A DNA stretch of 32,000 nucleotides, from positions 2,940,001 to 2,972,000 of the forward strand of contig NC_007493.2 of the NCBI RefSeq assembly GCF_000012905.2, in the 5' to 3' direction. Under the pieces are notes generated by a model. That model was not told where the DNA came from and made no database searches. It was given only the letters and a program-made list of their open reading frames with translations. This stretch comes from Cereibacter sphaeroides 2.4.1. Its GTDB lineage: Bacteria; Pseudomonadota; Alphaproteobacteria; Rhodobacterales; Rhodobacteraceae. Positions 18,934 to 27,010 of this stretch are shown here, piece after piece (position 1 is the stretch's first letter; every line of letters begins with the position of its first letter). A program made the translations under genes and the position numbers.

Positions 18934-21101
18934 CACTTCCAGAATCTCCCCCATTGATCGTCGATTTCCTGCGCATGGTAGGGGCGCACGGTCTCGTAGA
19001 GCCGGTCCTCGACGCGCAGACGCGCGCCGCCGTCGCGCGTGACCGGACGGATGCTGTATTTCGCCGTCTCCCGGGTGGGCTGGCCGAGCAGCGACGTCAG
19101 CGGAATCTCGAGCCGGATGCCCTTGTCGAACGACCCTTCCCCGAATTCCTCGGACGAGACGTCGGTGAGCGTCGCGAAGGCCCCGACCTTCCAGCCGTTC
19201 TCGAACTCGCGGTCGAGCGACACCGTCGCGCCGTAATCCCCGGCGAGATAGCGGCCCACATCGATCTGGCCGAGGAACTGGTTGCCGAAGTCGTAGTAGA
19301 CCGAGGCGTGGCCCGTGACGACGTCATAGGCCTCGTCACCCGAAAGGAAGCCGAAGCCCTGATCGAACTCGCGCTTCTTGGCATAGTTGATCTCGGCCCC
19401 CAGCGCGAGGCGGCTTTCGACCGGCTTCCACAGCACCTCGGCCGAGGCGCCGCCATACATCCGCTCGAGATAGCCGACCGTCACCCGGCTGTAGATGTTG
19501 CGCGCGGGATGGGCATACCAGGCAGCGGTGAGGCTGTCGATCGTCGTGTCGCCCTCGCGGCTGTAGAGGTAGTTGTCGGTCCGGACCCGCGGGAGGTTCG
19601 ACTCCGACCGATCCTGATCGCCGATATTGCCGATGAGCTTGTGGCTGATCGCGCCCGACAGGAACAGGCCGGGCGACAGCTCATACTCTCCGCGCAACCG
19701 GAGCCCCAGATCCGCCCGCACCGGCTCTTCGGGATCGAAGAGACTGGTGCGCAGGTAGGGGCCGAAGGACCAGTTGAAGCTGGGATAGCGGTCGGGATCG
19801 AAGGCCAGCCCCGCAATGGGCGCGCCGGCCTCCGCCACGCCGACCTGCGGCCGCAGCCGGCCCGACGCATTGGGAGCGAACTCCAGCCGTTCGAGATCCG
19901 AGCGGCGCACTGTCACCTTCGACAGCGGCACCCCTCGGACCACGGGCACGATCTCGAAGGTCTCGACCGAGGCGGGCAGCGAATAGGCCATCGCGCGCGC
20001 CGTGCGCCCGATCGCCTGCGCCTCGGCATCGTAGCGGATGTTGCGGATGCGGATCTGCGCCGTCCGGCCATCGGTGCCGAAGGCCTCGATCAGCACGCCG
20101 TCCTTGTCGAGCTGCTTCTGCATGTTGTTGCGCAAGAGCGCGGGCGCATCCTCCTGAGTCACCCACTCCGAGGACCAGGCCTCCGGATCCGCCGCCCGGG
20201 CAGGCCGGGGACGGATCGGCGTCGGCGCACGGTCCACGAGACCCGTCGTCGCCCGGTCGCGCGGATTGAGCACGAAGTGCAGGCCGAGCCCGATCTCGCT
20301 GCCATACATGTAGTAGGCGCCCAGCTGCACGCCCCGCGAGACCTCATATTCCGCGCCGAAGTTGAACGGGCTCTTCCGGTCGAAGATCTGCCGGTCCTCG
20401 GCCTCTTCCTCGTAGTCGTCCGAGGAATATTCGGCCTTGAGGGTCAGCCGGTCGGTCGGCTGCCACTCGATGCCGGCAAAGCCCGCCATATCGCCGCGGA
20501 ACCACTGGTCCGCATTGACCTCGCCGCCCTCGCTCTCCTGCGGAACGAACTCGGGGCGGGTGCCCACGCCGCCGAAGCTGCCGTAGCTGCCAAGACGGCC
20601 CCATCCCACGCCCGCGGTGACCTTCAGGCGCGGGGTGAGATGTTTGGTGGCGGCCACATATTCGGCGCTCTGGATGCCCGTGCCCACGAAATCCTGCAGG
20701 CCGATGGTGACGGCGGGCATGTAGCGCCCCTCGTCGAAGGCCCTGAAGCGGAGATCGAAGCTGCGGTCGTAATAGGTGTCGAACTTGTTGACGCCGACGC
20801 GGTCCGCCTCGGGGATGGACTTGTTCCAATCGCCGATGCCCTGATAGCGGAAGCTGGCCGACAGGCGCGGCGTGATCTGGAAGGTCAGCGTCGTGCGGGT
20901 GATTCCCGCGAAGCTCGTGATGCTGGTGTTGAAGATGCCGTCGGGCTGCGCCTCGCCCGAGGGCATGTCGATCAGGCCGGTCGCACCATACAGGTTCAGG
21001 CTGGGACGCGTTTCCGACAGAGCCGGGGCCGTCATCACCAGTGCCGCGCAGGAGACGCCAGCGAGCAGGCCGCGCCGGCGCGCGGAAGGGGGCATTGCCA
21101 T
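18933..21101 (-). CDS. YjbH/GfcD-family outer-membrane beta-barrel protein
   Basis: Signal peptide MAMPPSARRRGLLAGVSCAALVMTAPALS, then SLNLYGATGLIDMPSGEAQPDG (YjbH-type N-terminus). The protein is ~720 aa with alternating beta-strand-like sequence. GAGG lies 5 nt upstream of the ATG at 21101. Confidence 0.85.
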   Translation of the reverse strand: MAMPPSARRRGLLAGVSCAALVMTAPALSETRPSLNLYGATGLIDMPSGEAQPDGIFNTSITSFAGITRTTLTFQITPRLSASFRYQGIGDWNKSIPEADRVGVNKFDTYYDRSFDLRFRAFDEGRYMPAVTIGLQDFVGTGIQSAEYVAATKHLTPRLKVTAGVGWGRLGSYGSFGGVGTRPEFVPQESEGGEVNADQWFRGDMAGFAGIEWQPTDRLTLKAEYSSDDYEEEAEDRQIFDRKSPFNFGAEYEVSRGVQLGAYYMYGSEIGLGLHFVLNPRDRATTGLVDRAPTPIRPRPARAADPEAWSSEWVTQEDAPALLRNNMQKQLDKDGVLIEAFGTDGRTAQIRIRNIRYDAEAQAIGRTARAMAYSLPASVETFEIVPVVRGVPLSKVTVRRSDLERLEFAPNASGRLRPQVGVAEAGAPIAGLAFDPDRYPSFNWSFGPYLRTSLFDPEEPVRADLGLRLRGEYELSPGLFLSGAISHKLIGNIGDQDRSESNLPRVRTDNYLYSREGDTTIDSLTAAWYAHPARNIYSRVTVGYLERMYGGASAEVLWKPVESRLALGAEINYAKKREFDQGFGFLSGDEAYDVVTGHASVYYDFGNQFLGQIDVGRYLAGDYGATVSLDREFENGWKVGAFATLTDVSSEEFGEGSFDKGIRLEIPLTSLLGQPTRETAKYSIRPVTRDGGARLRVEDRLYETVRPYHAQEIDDQWGRFWK

Positions 21102-21176
21102 GGTTACCTCATTCGTTCCGCGCACTCTAGCAGCCGCCTCCTTCCGAACAATGCCATTCAACCGGAATGTCGGCAG

Positions 21177-23063
21177 CTATCGTCCGGCGGCAACGATTTC
21201 CGGAGGGCGATATCCCTCAACCCAGGAGAGTATGACCCGGCGGGCCGCCTGCGGGTCTCCGGCCGCCATGGCACTGCGCAGCGCCCGCAGCGCGGTGGCC
21301 ATCTCGAGCTCGGACAGGCTCTCCTCCTGAGCGCGCAGGATCTTCGAATGCGGCGTGGTCAGCAGGCCCTCGCCGATCAGAAGCTCCTCGTGCAGCTTCT
21401 CGCCGGGCCGCAGACCCGTGACCACAATCTCGATGTCCCCGAAGGGGTTGCGCTCATCGCGCACCGACTTGCCGGCCGCCTCGATCATCTGCACGGCGAG
21501 ATCGCGGATGCGCACGGGCTTGCCCATGTCGAGCACGAACACATCGCCGCCACGGCAATCGCCCGGATCGGCGAAGGAGCCCGCCAGCAGCACCAGCCGT
21601 GCCGCTTCCGAGATGGTCATGAAGAAACGGGTGACATCCTCGTGCGTCAGCGTGACCGGTCCGCCGCGGGCGATCTGCTCCTTGAAGAGCGGGATGACCG
21701 AGCCCGACGAGCCGAGAACGTTGCCGAACCGCACCATCGAAAAGATCGTTTTCTTCGACCGCTTCGCGAGATCCTGAATCACCAGCTCGGCCAGCCGCTT
21801 CGAAGCGCCCATGACGTTCGTCGGGCGCACCGCCTTGTCTGTCGAGATCAGGATGAAGCGCGCCACGCCGGCCTCGTGCGCGGCATCCGCCAGCGTCCGG
21901 GTGCCCAGCACATTGTTGGCCAGACCCGCGATCGGATTGTGCTCGACCAGCGGCACATGCTTGTAGGCGGCCGCATGGAACACCACCTCGACCCCGTGAT
22001 CCTGCATCACCATCCGCGACAGCCGCGAATCGGTGACGGATCCGAGGACCGGCACGATCTCGACCCCGGTGCCTTCGGCCATCGCCTGCAGCTCGCGGTC
22101 GATGGTGTAGAGCGCGATCTCGCTGATCTCGAACAGGACGATGCGCCGGGGACGGATCAGCAGCAGCTGGCGGCAGAGTTCGGATCCGACCGAGCCGCCC
22201 GCGCCCGAGACCAGCACCGTGCGGCCGACATAGGCATCGGCCCCTTGCGGCAGCGCATCCTCGATCTGCTGGCGACCGAGGAAACGGCCGAAGGTGAAGG
22301 GAGAGAGGTTGTCGACCAGCTGCTCCTCGCCCACGAGCTGCGCGAAGGAAGGCACGGTATGGACATCGACGCCCGCCAACTGCAGCCGGTGGGCGATACG
22401 GGCAAGTTTGGCCGGCGACTCCGAGGGCATGGCAAGAAGCACGCGAGACACGTCGCGCTCACGCACCAGCCGCTCGATCCGGTCCGACGGATAGACGCGG
22501 AGCCCCGCGATCACCATCGCCTGCAGCGCGGGATTGTCGTCGACGAAGGCGATGGGCCGGATCGTCCCGCGCGAGCGGAGTGCCGCCGCAAGCTGCGTGC
22601 CGGTGTTGCCCGCGCCATAGATCAGCACGCGGCACCCCTTCTGGCCGATCTGCAGCACCCAGAGCAGCGCATGCAGCATGACCATCCGGGCGCCGACCGA
22701 CAGGATGAAGAACAGAAGGCCGAATAGGATCGCCGCTGCCGCGGGCACCGCGGTGCCCACCACCGAGGCGAGCGTCGAGAGCACGAGGGTCAGCACCGCA
22801 GCGAAGGCGCCGGTCTTCAGGATGGCCATGGTCTCATAGGCGTTGAGCTTGATCCGGGGCATCCCGAAAAGCAGCGAGAGACCGAAGGCAAAGAGCGCCG
22901 CGCCGGGGAAGAGAAGCCACTCGTGCTCGCCTCCGGGGGCGCGGATGAAGATGCCGGTGATCAGCAGCGCAAGCGGCGCCACGAGCACATCCGCCAGAAG
23001 GAGAAGCCCACGCTTCTGCGCTCTGGTCAGCCGGTCAACGAGACCGAAAAGGAGTTTCTTCAC
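21177..23063 (-). CDS. Membrane-anchored nucleotide-sugar 4,6-dehydratase (CapD/PglF/WbpM family polysaccharide biosynthesis protein)
   Basis: Four N-terminal TM segments, then two Rossmann regions (VLIYGAGNTGTQL and VLVSGAGGSVGSEL) and the catalytic region FHAAAYKHVPLVE. The start is ambiguous: GTG at 23063 (VKKLLFGLVDRLTRAQKR, AGGA upstream) or ATG at 23144. Confidence 0.87.
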   Translation of the reverse strand: MKKLLFGLVDRLTRAQKRGLLLLADVLVAPLALLITGIFIRAPGGEHEWLLFPGAALFAFGLSLLFGMPRIKLNAYETMAILKTGAFAAVLTLVLSTLASVVGTAVPAAAAILFGLLFFILSVGARMVMLHALLWVLQIGQKGCRVLIYGAGNTGTQLAAALRSRGTIRPIAFVDDNPALQAMVIAGLRVYPSDRIERLVRERDVSRVLLAMPSESPAKLARIAHRLQLAGVDVHTVPSFAQLVGEEQLVDNLSPFTFGRFLGRQQIEDALPQGADAYVGRTVLVSGAGGSVGSELCRQLLLIRPRRIVLFEISEIALYTIDRELQAMAEGTGVEIVPVLGSVTDSRLSRMVMQDHGVEVVFHAAAYKHVPLVEHNPIAGLANNVLGTRTLADAAHEAGVARFILISTDKAVRPTNVMGASKRLAELVIQDLAKRSKKTIFSMVRFGNVLGSSGSVIPLFKEQIARGGPVTLTHEDVTRFFMTISEAARLVLLAGSFADPGDCRGGDVFVLDMGKPVRIRDLAVQMIEAAGKSVRDERNPFGDIEIVVTGLRPGEKLHEELLIGEGLLTTPHSKILRAQEESLSELEMATALRALRSAMAAGDPQAARRVILSWVEGYRPPEIVAAGR

Positions 23064-23210
23064 CTGGAATTCCTGCCCTTTTGCCGCCCCGGTTGTTGTT
23101 TCGACCGTTTGTCGCGCCCCGTGTCCGACCTGTCTTCTAACCAAGAAATCTCCGAAATTCGAATGGGGCGAGCCTAGACGAGGCCCAGAATCACCTCAAG
23201 CATTGCGGCA

Positions 23211-23855
23211 CTATCGGCTGCGACGATTTGCAAAAGGTTGCCTATTACGCCACAGTAGAACCCTCGCAACGGTCTGAAACATCAGCGCCAGATCGAAACA
23301 GAGCGAGCGTTTCTCTTGATACAGCAGGTCCATATACGCCTTTCGGGGTATGCACCTACGGCTGTAGGCGCGGTCCGTCTCGGCGGCGGTCCTGCACTGC
23401 GCGAGGATCCATTCCTCGTGGCGATGGAAATGCAGGCTGGCGAGGCCCGTGATGCCGGGGCGATTCCGCAGGACCCGCGCGTAAAGCTCCGGATGGCGCT
23501 CGACATAGAGGCGCAGCGGCGGGCGGGGCCCGACGAAGCTCATGTCGCCGCGCAGCACATTCCAGAGTTGCGGGATCTCGTCGAGCCGGGCCCGCCGCAG
23601 AACGCGCCCGGTGCGGGTCACGCGGTTCGACTTGTCGCCGCCCGAGACGCCCGCATTCTGCGCCGCGGCTTTCATGGTGCGCAGCTTCCAGAGGTCGAAC
23701 GGCTGGCCCGGCGCCTTCATCCGCTCGGCCACATAGAAGAGCGGCCGCCCCTCCACGATCAGGAGGACGAGCAGCAGGATCCCGAACGGAAGGGCAAGGA
23801 GAAGGATCAGGAGAAGGGCGACCGTCACGTCGAGAAGGCGCTTGCCGGGCGTCAT
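23211..23855 (-). CDS. Small monotopic phosphoglycosyl transferase (PglC/WbaP-C-terminal-type 'sugar transferase')
   Basis: MTPGKRLLDVTVALLLILLLALPFGILLLVLLIVEGRPLFY..., plus DEIPQLWNVLRGDMSFVGPRP, the bacterial sugar-transferase signature. The ATG at 23855 overlaps the upstream stop (ATGA). Confidence 0.88.
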   Translation of the reverse strand: MTPGKRLLDVTVALLLILLLALPFGILLLVLLIVEGRPLFYVAERMKAPGQPFDLWKLRTMKAAAQNAGVSGGDKSNRVTRTGRVLRRARLDEIPQLWNVLRGDMSFVGPRPPLRLYVERHPELYARVLRNRPGITGLASLHFHRHEEWILAQCRTAAETDRAYSRRCIPRKAYMDLLYQEKRSLCFDLALMFQTVARVLLWRNRQPFANRRSR

Positions 23856-24685
23856 GCGAGCGCCCGCCATTCGTCCACGAGCCGGTCGGGCGCGCCTGCA
23901 TCGGGCGGGAGGGGGCAGAGCGCCGCGAGCCGGTCGAGCGCAAGCCCCACGCGGGGAATGACGCCCGGCCGCGGCGGCCCCCACCGCCAGTCGAGACCCG
24001 CAGCCTCGAGAAGATCGGCCATGTCCACCGGCGGCGGTGCGCCGAGATTGAGGATCGAGGGCAGCGCCACCCCGGCATCCGCCAGACGCGCGAGGCGGGC
24101 CAGCACGGCGGCGAGGCTCTGCGGTCCGATATAGGTCCGCACCGGGCCGCGGCCGCCGGGCACCGGATCGAGCACGATGGCCTGCCCCGGCGGACGCTTC
24201 GGTCCGAGGAGCGCGTCAGCCCCCGCCACATTGCCGAGCCTCAGGATCGTGAGGCCCGTCCCCACTGTCCGGGACCAGTCGAGCGCCTCCTGCTCCATGC
24301 GCAGCTTCGCTGCGCCATAGGCCGTGTCGGGGGCGGGTTCATCCTCCTCGCGCAGATCCTCCGACCGTGCCGAGCCGTAGATCGCGCCCGAGGAGAGCAG
24401 AAAGACATGGGCCGCGCCCGCAGCCTCGGCGGCGCGGCAACCCGCAAGCCCCAGCGCCACATTGTCCTCGAGCCGCCCGGTGCGATCCGTGACCCCGGCC
24501 AGCCCCAGCACGACGCGGGCTGCGCCTCCCGGATAGGGCGCGGAGAGCATGTCCCACTGGAGATCGGCCGAGGCGTCTCGCCCGTGCCAGACCGGAACCA
24601 GCCCCTCGGGTGGCTCGGCCCAGGCACGGCGCAGGAAGCGCCCGATCCGGCCGGTGGAGCCCAGCACGAGAAGGCGGGCCGCCAT
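23852..24685 (-). CDS. NAD(P)-dependent epimerase/reductase (extended SDR family)
   Basis: MAARLLVLGSTGRIGRFL (GxxGxxG), SSGAIYG and YGAAK (YxxxK) are present; 277 aa. The ATG at 24685 overlaps the MarR stop (TGATG). The 439-aa track ORF is an upstream extension. Confidence 0.8.
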   Translation of the reverse strand: MAARLLVLGSTGRIGRFLRRAWAEPPEGLVPVWHGRDASADLQWDMLSAPYPGGAARVVLGLAGVTDRTGRLEDNVALGLAGCRAAEAAGAAHVFLLSSGAIYGSARSEDLREEDEPAPDTAYGAAKLRMEQEALDWSRTVGTGLTILRLGNVAGADALLGPKRPPGQAIVLDPVPGGRGPVRTYIGPQSLAAVLARLARLADAGVALPSILNLGAPPPVDMADLLEAAGLDWRWGPPRPGVIPRVGLALDRLAALCPLPPDAGAPDRLVDEWRALA

Positions 24686-25128
24686 CAATCCTCTTCCTCG
24701 AACCGGGTCCGCATCTCGCGCAGGACCGGCAGAACCGCCCGCACCCGCTCGGCGCCGAGCGAATGGACGACTTCGGCGATCAGGGGCGCAATGGCGGCCA
24801 CCGCCGCATCGCGCGCGCTGCGGCCCGAGGGGCTGATCGAGACGAACTTGCGCCGCGCATCGTCCCAGTCGGGCCGGATATGGACATGCCCCGCCCATTC
24901 GAGCTTCGCCAGCGTGTTGGTCATGGCGCCGCGCGTGACATGGAAGGCGCGGGCGAGCTGGGCCGGCGTGCGCTCCTCGGCGGCGCGGGCGAGATGGTTC
25001 AGCACGCCGAAGTGCGACAGCTCCATCCCTTTCGGCAGCACCTTCGACAGCCGGTTCCGGGCCAGCTGGTCGGCCATGAACAGCTCGCCGAACAGCGCCA
25101 CCGCAAGTTCCTCGGTCCGCTCCGCCAT
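24685..25128 (-). CDS. MarR-family transcriptional regulator
   Basis: MAERTEELAVALFGELFMADQLARNRLSKVLPKGMELSHFGVLNHLARAAEERTPAQLARAFHVTRGAMTNTLAKLEWAGHVHIRPDWDDARRKFVSISPSG is a winged-HTH MarR pattern; 147 aa. The start overlaps the upstream stop (TGATG). Confidence 0.85.
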   Translation of the reverse strand: MAERTEELAVALFGELFMADQLARNRLSKVLPKGMELSHFGVLNHLARAAEERTPAQLARAFHVTRGAMTNTLAKLEWAGHVHIRPDWDDARRKFVSISPSGRSARDAAVAAIAPLIAEVVHSLGAERVRAVLPVLREMRTRFEEED

Positions 25129-25958
25129 CAGGGGCCGTCGAACGGACGGTCGTGGCCGAGGGATGGCACACGGTGGCGCGCCCGCGCGACCTCGGCCAGA
25201 TCGAGATCGACGAGCGTCACCCCCGGCTCGGTTCCGGCATCGGCGAGGATCTCGCCCCAGGGCGCCACCGCGAGGCTGTGGCCGTGCGTGCGCCGTCCCT
25301 TGCCATGCGCCTCGGCGTGAAAGCCGGTCTGGGCCGGGGCCAGCACGAAGCAGCCGGTCTCGATGGCCCGCGCGCGGAGCAGAACCTCCCAATGAGCGGC
25401 GCCCGTCAGGTGGTTGAAGGCGGCGGGCACGGTCAGGATCTGCGCCCCCGCCTGTGCGAGCCGCCGATACAGGTGGGGAAAGCGCAGATCGTAGCAGACG
25501 GTCATGCCGACGGCGGCCTCTCCCGCCTACGCCAGAACCGCCGCCCCGCCGGGCCGGTAGGCCGCGGATTCGCGATAGACTTCGGTCTCGGACACGTTCA
25601 CGTCGAACATGTGGATCTTGTCGTAGCGCGCCGCCACCGCGCCGTCGGGGCCGATGAGGAAGCTGCGGTTGGCAAAGCGGCCGTCCGCCTCGTGCGTCCT
25701 CAGGCCGAGCGAGCCCACAAGCAGCCAGATGCCCGCCCGCGCCGCCTCTTCACGCAGCGCGGCCAGCGTCGCATCCTCCTCCTCGGGGCGGAGGATCCGG
25801 CGCTGATGCTCGCGGCTCGAGGAGAGCGCGTTGGTGCATTCGGGCGTCAGCACGAACTCCGCCCCGGCCGCGGCCGCCGCCCGGACGTGGCCGAGCGTCA
25901 CCGCGAGGTTCTCCTCCGGGTCGTCGGTCACGGTGAGCTGGACGAGGGCGGCGCGCAT
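25128..25958 (-). pseudogene. Carbon-nitrogen hydrolase (nitrilase superfamily) gene interrupted by one in-frame TAG at 25529..25527
   Basis: Track ORFs 25527..26075 and 25128..25505 are in the same frame. The read-through sequence is ...YRESAAYRPGGAAVLA-TAG-AGEAAVGMTVCYDLRFPHLY... The Glu (LTPECTN) and Lys (YDKIHMF) motifs lie before the stop, and the Cys (VCYDLRF) lies after it. Start is MRAALVQLTVTDD at 25958. Confidence 0.75.
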
Positions 25959-25962
25959 CGGA

Positions 25963-26220
25963 TCAGTCTGCCAGCATCGGGTCGAGCTTGCCCGCATCCT
26001 CGAGCGCATAGAGATCGTCGCATCCGCCGACATGCTGGCCGCCGATGAAGATCTGCGGCACGGTCCGCCGGCCATGCGCCCGCTGGGTCATGGCGGCGCG
26101 CAGCGAGGGATCGGTGCTGACGTCGGTCTCGGCATAGCTCACGCCCTTGCGGCGCAGCAGCGACTTGGCCGCCTGACAATAGCCGCAGGTGGGCGTCGTG
26201 TAGATCTCGACGGACTTCAT
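25963..26220 (-). CDS. grxC: Glutaredoxin 3
   Basis: MKSVEIYTTPTCGYCQAAKSLLRRKGVSYAETDV... has the CGYC active site, plus TVPQIFIGGQHVGGCDDL; 85 aa. The 324-aa track ORF is an artefactual upstream extension. Confidence 0.92.
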   Translation of the reverse strand: MKSVEIYTTPTCGYCQAAKSLLRRKGVSYAETDVSTDPSLRAAMTQRAHGRRTVPQIFIGGQHVGGCDDLYALEDAGKLDPMLAD

Positions 26221-26255
26221 GGCATATCCTTCCGGTCGTTCGTGACTATAGGGAT

Positions 26256-26978
26256 TTAGGTGTCCTTCGCAACGCGCGCCAGCACCGCAACCGAGACGGA
26301 GGTGGCGCCTGCCGCCTGACAGGCTTCGGTTGCGGTGGCGAGCGTGGCGCCCGAGGTCATCACGTCGTCGAGGATCAGGACCGGCCTTCCCTTCAGCAGC
26401 CGTCCGCGCCGCGGATGGGGCAGGATGGCGCCGGTCATGTTCTCGAACCGGCCCTCGCGGCTGCGCCCCTCCTGACTGCGGGTGTTGCGCCCGCGAACCA
26501 GCGCATCGGGGCAATGGTCGAGCCCCGCCTGCCGCGCAAGCTCGGCCGACAGAAGCGCGGACTGGTTGTAGCGCCGCGTCAGAAGCCGCGTCCAGTGGAG
26601 CGGCACCGGCACGACCAATGTCCCCCGCCGCAGGATCGGGCGCGCGGCCCTGAGGATCCAGCCGGCGAGCGGGCGCGCCAGATCGAGCCGGTCCCCGTGC
26701 TTCAGCGCCAGCGCAAGCTTGCGGCCGTTGTCGCGGTAAAGGAGCGCCGCCCGACCGTGATCCCAGGGACGGGCCGAGGACAGGCAGTCGTCGCACCGGA
26801 CCGGATGCCCCGGATCCTCGCCCGGCAGCGGCGCGCCGCAGAGATCGCAGACCAGACCCGCGATGAAGGGCGTGTCGCGCCAGCAGGCGCCGCAGAGGCC
26901 GAACTCCGTGGTCACCTGCGTCTCGCAGAGCAGGCATTGCGGCGGAAACAGGAGGCGCAGCGCCGCTTGCAATCCCAT
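26256..26978 (-). CDS. comF: ComF-family protein (phosphoribosyltransferase-like)
   Basis: N-terminal Cys pairs (FPPQCLLCE...GLCGACW...CDLCG...RCDDC) and a C-terminal PRPP-binding motif VLILDDVMTSGATL. Confidence 0.85.
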   Translation of the reverse strand: MGLQAALRLLFPPQCLLCETQVTTEFGLCGACWRDTPFIAGLVCDLCGAPLPGEDPGHPVRCDDCLSSARPWDHGRAALLYRDNGRKLALALKHGDRLDLARPLAGWILRAARPILRRGTLVVPVPLHWTRLLTRRYNQSALLSAELARQAGLDHCPDALVRGRNTRSQEGRSREGRFENMTGAILPHPRRGRLLKGRPVLILDDVMTSGATLATATEACQAAGATSVSVAVLARVAKDT

Positions 26979-27010
26979 CCCCGCCCCCTTACCTCGCGGC
27001 GGAGGCCCCC

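Noticed and set aside
21015-21101. The RRR in the YjbH-like signal peptide (SARRRGLLAG) as a possible Tat signal on an outer-membrane barrel
   Set aside because: The motif fits equally well as the positively charged n-region of a Sec signal peptide, and Tat export of a beta-barrel protein would be unusual. It cannot be decided from sequence alone.
18858-22727. 1289-aa ORF on the plus strand, antisense to yjbF, yjbH and the capD-like gene
   Set aside because: It spans three independent, well-supported minus-strand genes and their intergenic gaps. Its composition is R/A/G/D/P-dominated with no domain signature, so it is a shadow ORF.
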